Shown here: positions 22,997-29,314 of the stretch, piece after piece
Position numbering within the stretch: position 1 is the first letter of the stretch
Layout of the letters: each line of letters opens with the position of its first letter
Virus record (IMG/VR): IMGVR_UViG_3300020395_000067
Span: 1-29,314 of that record
DNA: 29,314 nt
Reading direction: 5' to 3' (one strand)
Source: a virus
Lineage: Duplodnaviria > Caudoviricetes
Program-made: the position numbers and the translations under genes
The notes under the pieces: model-generated
What the model saw: the letters and a program-made list of their open reading frames with translations, nothing else
The model's database searches: none
What the model was told of the DNA's origin: nothing

Positions 22997-23929
22997 ATGG
23001 ATTTAAGTATTGTCCTTGGAGGACGTGATGATAATTATGGTGAAAATTTCATAGAAAGATTACATCAGGTTTTAGATACAAATCTACGTTTGTTAGATAA
23101 TTGTGATTTAGAATCTGAAGTTATTGTTGTGGATTTTAATCCTATAGATGAAAAGTATCTGTATGAACATCCTCAGTTAAAAGAATCTTTATCAAATACA
23201 AGAGTTAAAAATATCATATTTGATAATAGTGTAGTAGTAGAGGAAAACTTAAATCCTACAACTTATTATGAATACTTTGCAAAGAATGCTGGTATAAGAG
23301 TTTCTACAGGGGAACTTATATTTGTAACCAATTCTGATATATTGTTAACTGAAGATCTATTAGATAAGATTAAGGTTGAATTGACTAATGAAGATAGGGA
23401 TAATTATTTTTATAGAGTAAGGTATAGGGGTGATATTTCATTAGGAGATTCTCCATCACCATCTCCTAGAATAATTCCTAACGGTGATGTTTTGACAGGA
23501 CCATTGAATGGGTGGGGTGATCCCGAACAAGTTCTTGATTTATACCAAAATCTTATACATCATAATTTACTTGGTCAAGATCCTGTCATTGGGTTATGGT
23601 CTGGTGATGCATCTATGTTCTCTAGGAATGTGATGAATACTGTTACTGGATATAATGAAGGTGAAATGGGTCATAGAACAAGTTTACATCAATGTAGTAT
23701 GGATAGTGAAATATTGTGGTGTTGTAAATTAAATGGTAAAGAATTAAAACTCTTAGAAGCACCTTATTATCACATATATCACGGTGATAGACCACCAAGA
23801 GATACTTTATATAATCAATCACAATATAAGAATAAAGATAATTGGGGTTTTGTTGATTATAATAAAGTTGACATTAATGACAATACGGTGCTAATATATG
23901 GAAAAGATGCAACTATTGAATATGAATAA
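22997..23929 (+). CDS. Putative GT-A fold glycosyltransferase
   Basis: LSIV..., EVIVVD, AKNAGIR...GELIFVTNSDI (DxD-like), late HIYH motif. Confidence 0.7.
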   Translation: MDLSIVLGGRDDNYGENFIERLHQVLDTNLRLLDNCDLESEVIVVDFNPIDEKYLYEHPQLKESLSNTRVKNIIFDNSVVVEENLNPTTYYEYFAKNAGIRVSTGELIFVTNSDILLTEDLLDKIKVELTNEDRDNYFYRVRYRGDISLGDSPSPSPRIIPNGDVLTGPLNGWGDPEQVLDLYQNLIHHNLLGQDPVIGLWSGDASMFSRNVMNTVTGYNEGEMGHRTSLHQCSMDSEILWCCKLNGKELKLLEAPYYHIYHGDRPPRDTLYNQSQYKNKDNWGFVDYNKVDINDNTVLIYGKDATIEYE

Positions 23930-24266
23930 TTTTGGTAAACTATTTGATGAATCTATAAAGGATACTGTTAATGAGGTTTTACTAAAAGGTGAACTTCCAG
24001 ATATAGTTTTTGCCGAAACTGATAATCTTGGTGAGGTTGTAGAGAAACTTTGTATCTTACATATCCGTACTTGGATGTTAGAAGATGCTGCACAAGAAGC
24101 ATCATCTGATGAAGAGTTAGGTGCATTAAAAAGAAAAATAGATATTTGTTTTAAACAAAAGAGACCAAAATTAGTTCAAGCAATTAATAGATTAGTTTCA
24201 GATTCTATTGTAAATAATACTTCTTTGGTTGAGGATTCTGTAAAACTCTACAAGGGTGTTGAATGA
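23922..24266 (+). CDS. Helical hypothetical protein (DUF4254-like)
   Basis: GEVVEKLCILHIRTWMLED...KRKID pattern. Start uncertain (23898 or 23922). Confidence 0.6.
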   Translation: MNNFGKLFDESIKDTVNEVLLKGELPDIVFAETDNLGEVVEKLCILHIRTWMLEDAAQEASSDEELGALKRKIDICFKQKRPKLVQAINRLVSDSIVNNTSLVEDSVKLYKGVE

Positions 24267-24838
24267 GTGTACTTTCTTTCTTTAAAGATCATATAGATGC
24301 AATCCAATACTCTTTGGATAATGTAGATTCTATGAAGGTATATGATTTAGTAGATCTTCTTTTAGATACTAAAGGGAAAATATTTTTTACTGGAATTGGA
24401 AAGAATGGTCATGTTGCTGCAAAAGCAGCGTCAACATTTTCATCTATAGGATTACCTTGTTTTTATATTAACGCTGTTGATAGTGTACATGGTGATATGG
24501 GTGTAATAAATCAGAAAGATACAATAATTGCAATATCAAAGAGTGGTAATACAGAAGAGTTAATACATTTTTTGCATCATGTGAAACATAAAAATTGTAA
24601 GATAGTTTCTATTCATTCTAATCCGAATAATAAGTCACTTGATTATTCTTATATGGATATAGATTTGCATGTAGATCAAGAAGCAGATCATCTTAATATT
24701 GTTCCTACTTGTTCTATTGCAGTATTTACTGTGTTTTTGCAATCAGTTGCTTGTGAGATTTCATCTATTAGAGAATTGACTATTGAACAGTTTGTTTCTA
24801 ATCATCCTGGTGGTAGTATAGGGCAGATAAAGATATGA
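24263..24838 (+). CDS. SIS-domain sugar-phosphate isomerase (KdsD/GutQ-like, no CBS domains)
   Basis: TGIGKNGHVAAK, HGDMG, ISKSGNTEE, PT.S, HPGG motifs. Confidence 0.88.
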   Translation: MSVLSFFKDHIDAIQYSLDNVDSMKVYDLVDLLLDTKGKIFFTGIGKNGHVAAKAASTFSSIGLPCFYINAVDSVHGDMGVINQKDTIIAISKSGNTEELIHFLHHVKHKNCKIVSIHSNPNNKSLDYSYMDIDLHVDQEADHLNIVPTCSIAVFTVFLQSVACEISSIRELTIEQFVSNHPGGSIGQIKI

Positions 24839-26355
24839 ATATTACTAATGATGATATAAAATATGTGATTGTTCAGGCGGGTGGTAAAGGAACTCGTATG
24901 GGACGTTTTGCTGAGAATAAACCAAAATGTCTTGTTCCTGTTAATGATATTCCAATTATTGTTAATACTTTAAATGTATATAAGGATAAGAAGGTTATTA
25001 TAATTGCTGATTATTTGTCTAATGTATTAGAGACATATTTGAATGTATTTTATAATGGAGATAATTATAATGTATTGCAGACTAATGAGATTGGTACTGC
25101 AGGTGGACTTACTGAAGCAGTTAGTTTAATTCCAGATAAAGAACCCTTTATATTAACTTGGGCAGATTTATTTTTTGAGGAGAAATTAAATTTCTCTTTT
25201 AATAATGAATTACTTGTAGGATTATCTGATACATTTAAGTGTCGTTGGAAGTTGGATAATAATAAATTTATAAATGAAGCATCAACGGAAATAGGTGTTG
25301 CAGGATTTTTTGTTTTTAAAGATAAGGAAAGATTTAATAATTTAAAAATAGATAAGTCTTTAGTTAGAGGATTTCTAAGTGATGATTATACATCAGAAGA
25401 TATTGATAGTTTCTATCTTAAAAAATGTTTTGAGGTTGGTGAGAAAGATAGATATGAAAGATTAATATCTAAAAGGATTACTCATAGATTTTTTAATGAA
25501 GTTAAGATAAAGGGTGATAAAGTTTATAAAAAATGTATTGATTCTAGATATGATGATGTTCATAGGAAAGAAAAGAGTTGGTATAAAGCAATTGGTGGTA
25601 GATTAAAAAATATTCCTACAATACATTCTATTAATCCTCTCATAATGGATAGGATAAATGGAGAACATTTATGGAATATTAAGAAAAACAAAAAAAATAT
25701 AATCGAAAATTATTGTGATGCTTTAGATTCTCTTCATAATCTGGTAAAAGTTGAATCAAACTATGAGGATATGATTGATGTATATTATACTAAAGCGTAT
25801 AATAGGGTTATGGAAGTTGAAGATATTGTTAGATTTATTGATGATGATATTATAATAATTAATAATAAGGAATGTATTAATCCATTTTACAATAAAGATA
25901 GATTTGAACGTATTATTAAATCTGTAGCATCTCAAGAATACTTTAATATAATTCATGGAGATGTTACTTTTAGTAATACTTTAGTTGATTCTAATAATGA
26001 TATATGGTTTATAGATCCTCGTGGATCTTTTGGTAGTACTGAAATATATGGAGATAGAAGATATGATTGGGCAAAGTTTTATTATTCAGCATTTGGTAAT
26101 TATGATTCTATCAATACTAAAAAATATAGAGTTAGAATATATAACAGGCAGGTTGATTTACAAATAAAATCTAATGGTTATGAAGAATATTCTGATTATA
26201 TTATTGAAAGGTCTGGTATGAGTAAGAGAGAGATGGGAATATTACATGCGTCCATTTGGTTATCTCTTACAGGTTATGTGAAGGAAGATATTGATGCTAT
26301 TTTGTATTCATTTTATAGAGGATGTCAATTATGGACAGAAGCAATTTCCCTTTAG
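24835..26355 (+). CDS. Nucleotidyltransferase fused to APH/choline-kinase-like phosphotransferase
   Basis: N-terminal QAGGKGTRM...KPKCL. C-terminal IHGDVTFSN, FIDPRG, YDWAK. Confidence 0.85.
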   Translation: MNITNDDIKYVIVQAGGKGTRMGRFAENKPKCLVPVNDIPIIVNTLNVYKDKKVIIIADYLSNVLETYLNVFYNGDNYNVLQTNEIGTAGGLTEAVSLIPDKEPFILTWADLFFEEKLNFSFNNELLVGLSDTFKCRWKLDNNKFINEASTEIGVAGFFVFKDKERFNNLKIDKSLVRGFLSDDYTSEDIDSFYLKKCFEVGEKDRYERLISKRITHRFFNEVKIKGDKVYKKCIDSRYDDVHRKEKSWYKAIGGRLKNIPTIHSINPLIMDRINGEHLWNIKKNKKNIIENYCDALDSLHNLVKVESNYEDMIDVYYTKAYNRVMEVEDIVRFIDDDIIIINNKECINPFYNKDRFERIIKSVASQEYFNIIHGDVTFSNTLVDSNNDIWFIDPRGSFGSTEIYGDRRYDWAKFYYSAFGNYDSINTKKYRVRIYNRQVDLQIKSNGYEEYSDYIIERSGMSKREMGILHASIWLSLTGYVKEDIDAILYSFYRGCQLWTEAISL

Positions 26356-26690
26356 ACGATTTAGTAAAAACTTGGATATTTGATCTTGATGGAACTTTAG
26401 TAGTTCATAATGGATATAAAGAAGGTGTTGATACTTTACTTTCAGGTGTTAAAGAATTTTATGAAAAGAATGTTAGAAGGGATGATTATATATTAATAAT
26501 AACTGCAAGAGAATCTAAATTTAAGGGTATTGCTGAGAAGTGTCTTCTTGACAATGGAATATATTATGATAAAATTATATACGATACACCAAGAGGTGAA
26601 AGGATACTTATTAATGATCGAAAGCCTTGGGATGGTGGATTAGATACTGCTTATTCATTTAATATAGATAGAAATCATTTTGACTTATAA
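26322..26690 (+). CDS. HAD-superfamily phosphatase (capless type)
   Basis: IFDLDGTL, ITAR, LINDRKP. Confidence 0.85.
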   Translation: MSIMDRSNFPLDDLVKTWIFDLDGTLVVHNGYKEGVDTLLSGVKEFYEKNVRRDDYILIITARESKFKGIAEKCLLDNGIYYDKIIYDTPRGERILINDRKPWDGGLDTAYSFNIDRNHFDL

Positions 26691-27567
26691 AGGTATTATA
26701 TTGGCTGGTGGTGAAGGAACTAGATTATTTCCAGCAACTTCTGTTGTATCAAAACAATTAATGAATGTATATGACAAACCTCTTATCTATTATCCTCTGA
26801 CTACTTTAATGCTTGCTGGCATTAAGGATATATTAATTATTACTAATTTACATCATTTGCATAGTTATCATAACCTATTAGGTAATGGATCTAATTTTGG
26901 GGTATCTATAGGATATAGGGTTCAGGAAGAACCAAATGGATTGCCAGAAGCATTTATAATTGCTGAAGATTTTATTGGTGATGATAATGTTTGTATGGTA
27001 TTGGGTGATAATATTATATTTGGAAATAATTTAGATCTTATTTTGAGAGACTGTCAAAATAATGAAGGTGCTACAGTATTAACATATCCAGTAAAAGATG
27101 CTCACAGATTTGGTGTGGTTGAATTTGAAGGTGAGGATGGACATCTTGATAGGGGAAAAGTATTATCTATTGAGGAAAAACCTGATAACCCAAAATCAAA
27201 TAGAGCATTAACTGGATTATATTTTTTTGATAATAGATGTATTGAGTATGCTAAACAACTTACTCCCTCTAAAAGAAATGAATTGGAAATGGTTGATTTG
27301 TGTAAGAAGTATTTAAATAATAAGGAATTGATGGTTAAAAATTTAACCAGAACAATGACTTGGATTGATGCAGGAACATTTGATTCTCTTCTCCTAGCAT
27401 CTAATTTAATTTGTAATTTAGAAAAGATACAATCATATAAGATATCTTGTCCTGAAGAAGTTGCATTTAAAAATGGATGGATAAGTGATTCTGATTTGGT
27501 GTCTATTGCTAATTCATATCCAAAAGGAGAATATCAAGATTATCTTAAAGATTTACAATTATTATGA
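26680..27567 (+). CDS. rmlA: Glucose-1-phosphate thymidylyltransferase
   Basis: KGIILAGGEGTRLFP, SKQL..VYDKP, LGDN, EKP, WIDAGT. TTG start. Confidence 0.95.
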   Translation: MTYKGIILAGGEGTRLFPATSVVSKQLMNVYDKPLIYYPLTTLMLAGIKDILIITNLHHLHSYHNLLGNGSNFGVSIGYRVQEEPNGLPEAFIIAEDFIGDDNVCMVLGDNIIFGNNLDLILRDCQNNEGATVLTYPVKDAHRFGVVEFEGEDGHLDRGKVLSIEEKPDNPKSNRALTGLYFFDNRCIEYAKQLTPSKRNELEMVDLCKKYLNNKELMVKNLTRTMTWIDAGTFDSLLLASNLICNLEKIQSYKISCPEEVAFKNGWISDSDLVSIANSYPKGEYQDYLKDLQLL

Positions 27568-28496
27568 CAGTTTTTATTACAGGCGGTGCTGGATTTATTG
27601 GTAGCAATTTTGCACATTGTATGCAACCATATGATGTTGTTATTCTTGATAAGTTAACTTATGCTGGAGATGTAGATAATTTATATCCATTAGATTTTCC
27701 TGTTAAGGGAGTTGATTTGGCATATAAGAGTCGTTTAGAAGAATTGTTTAATCAATATAGACCTAAATTTATATTTAATTTTGCGGCAGAAACTCATGTC
27801 GATAATTCAATTAATGATGCATATCCTTTTATTGATTCTAATATTATTGGGACAGTCAATTTACTTGATCTTTCAGTAAAATATGATGTTGAAAGATTTC
27901 ATCATATATCTACAGATGAAGTTTATGGGGCACTAGGATATGATGACCCACCTTTTACTGAGACTACACCATACAATCCATTAAATCCTTATTCAGCATC
28001 TAAGGCAGCGAGTGATCATTTTGTTATGACTTATCATAACACTTATGGATTACCTGTTACAATTACTAATTGTTCTAATAACTATGGACCAAGACAACAT
28101 ATTGAAAAGTTAATTCCTAAAACCATTTGTAATATATTGTCTAATAAAAAGATACCTGTTTATGGTAAAGGTGAGAATATTAGGGATTGGATTTATGTTG
28201 AAGATCATTGTAAGGGGATATTAGATGTTTTTTATGGTGGTAAGATTGGAGAAAAATATAATATTGGAGGAGAATGTGAAGTTAAAAATATAGATTTGAT
28301 TAAAATGATTATTAAATTAATGGGTGCTAGTGAGAATTTAATTGAATTTGTTGATGATCGTCCAGGACATGACTTGCGTTATGCTATTGATAATGCTAAA
28401 ATTAAAAATACAGTAGCCTTTAAACCTCAACATACACTTGAGGAAGGTTTGAAAAAAACTATTGAATGGTATGAGAGCAGAAGAAACAAATATTAA
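27564..28496 (+). CDS. rmlB: dTDP-glucose 4,6-dehydratase
   Basis: TGGAGFIG, AAETHVD, ISTDEVYG, YSASK, NNYGP, DRPGHD.RYA. Confidence 0.96.
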   Translation: MTVFITGGAGFIGSNFAHCMQPYDVVILDKLTYAGDVDNLYPLDFPVKGVDLAYKSRLEELFNQYRPKFIFNFAAETHVDNSINDAYPFIDSNIIGTVNLLDLSVKYDVERFHHISTDEVYGALGYDDPPFTETTPYNPLNPYSASKAASDHFVMTYHNTYGLPVTITNCSNNYGPRQHIEKLIPKTICNILSNKKIPVYGKGENIRDWIYVEDHCKGILDVFYGGKIGEKYNIGGECEVKNIDLIKMIIKLMGASENLIEFVDDRPGHDLRYAIDNAKIKNTVAFKPQHTLEEGLKKTIEWYESRRNKY

Positions 28497-29013
28497 AGGT
28501 GCATTTATTATCACCAATAATATTTTTGAAGATAAAAGAGGATTCTTTATGGAGTCTTTTAATGAAAAGGTATTTGGTAATAATATTGGATCATTTGATT
28601 TTGTTCAGGATAATCATTCTAAATCTTCTAAAGGTGTTTTAAGAGGATTGCACTATCAAATAGAACATCCTCAAGGGAAGTTGGTTAGATGTACTCAAGG
28701 TGCAATCTATGATGTTATTGTAGATATTAGAGAACAGTCTCCTACGTTTGGTAGGACTTTCGCAACAGTATTAGATAGACCAGAAGTACAACTTTGGGCA
28801 CCACCTGGATTGGCACATGGATTTTATACATTAAGTGATACAGCAGAGTTTGAATATAAGGTTACGGATTATTATTATCCAGAGTATGATAGAACACTTC
28901 TATGGAATTCTAGTGGAATGAATATTGCTTGGCCAACTAAAGATCCTATTCTTTCTGATAAGGATATAAATGGAAAATCTTTTGACGAATGTGAGAAATA
29001 TGCTATAATATAG
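28471..29013 (+). CDS. rmlC: dTDP-4-dehydrorhamnose 3,5-epimerase
   Basis: DKRGFFMESFN, FVQDNHS.S..GVLRGLHYQ, AHGF, YK. Start at ATG 28471. Confidence 0.95.
   Translation: MRAEETNIKGAFIITNNIFEDKRGFFMESFNEKVFGNNIGSFDFVQDNHSKSSKGVLRGLHYQIEHPQGKLVRCTQGAIYDVIVDIREQSPTFGRTFATVLDRPEVQLWAPPGLAHGFYTLSDTAEFEYKVTDYYYPEYDRTLLWNSSGMNIAWPTKDPILSDKDINGKSFDECEKYAII
28982..29009 (+). promoter_or_regulatory. Sigma70-type promoter within the rmlC 3' end
   Basis: TTGACG, 16 bp spacer ending in TGc, then TATAAT, 21 nt before ATG 29031. Confidence 0.55.
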
Positions 29014-29030
29014 TTAATGAATTGTCTTAT

Positions 29031-29314
29031 ATGAAAATACGTGATTCGGTTTTGCCAGTTCTTCGTCCTCTTGGAGGTGATGAAGAGATAGCATCAATAG
29101 CAGAATCTATTAAGAGTGGATGGTGGGGTAAAGGACCTAAAGTATCTCAGTTTGAAAAAGAATTTGCTGAGATGGTTGGTGCTAAGTATGCTGTAGCAGT
29201 AACTAGTAATACTGCTGGTCAGGATCTTTTATTAAAAGCAAAGGGTATAAAGGATTGTGATGTAATCAATCCTACAATGTCTTTTATGACTACTGCTATG
29301 GTTCCTTTATGGAA
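29031..29314 (+). CDS. DegT/DnrJ/EryC1/StrS family PLP-dependent sugar aminotransferase (3' truncated)
   Basis: MKIRDSVLPVLRP...SGWWGKGPKVSQFEKEFAEMVGAKYAVAVTSNTAG...P.MSF.TT. Open to the window end. Confidence 0.88.
   Translation, partial: MKIRDSVLPVLRPLGGDEEIASIAESIKSGWWGKGPKVSQFEKEFAEMVGAKYAVAVTSNTAGQDLLLKAKGIKDCDVINPTMSFMTTAMVPLW

Overview
AT-rich 29.3 kb segment of a T4-like cyanomyophage, most likely infecting Prochlorococcus (inferred from gene content and host-like peptides). It opens with class Ia ribonucleotide reductase (nrdA 3' part, nrdB). Next come three probable capsid-internal proteins behind T4-type late promoters, two paralogous virion-type genes on the minus strand and a GIY-YIG nuclease. 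A long accessory region follows, carrying heme oxygenase, a PsbN-like protein, a NifU/Nfu scaffold, an SNase-like nuclease, many small membrane proteins, a four-gene exported-protein module, talC, a PhCOG173-like gene and pstS. The window ends in a nucleotide-sugar island (glycosyltransferase, KdsD-like SIS protein, nucleotidyltransferase-kinase fusion, HAD phosphatase, rmlABC, DegT aminotransferase). The most striking feature is partly invisible to the ORF track: a translationally coupled cassette of lipoprotein-ndhP-psaJ-ndhI-micropeptide-DUF2973 at 20405-21779, placing NDH-1 and photosystem I subunits side by side, which suggests manipulation of host cyclic electron flow. Other candidates are a structured RNA leader upstream of PhCOG173/pstS, an exported protein with no canonical start codon near its signal peptide, and probable overprinted ORFs. 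All calls come from reading motifs by eye; no searches were run.
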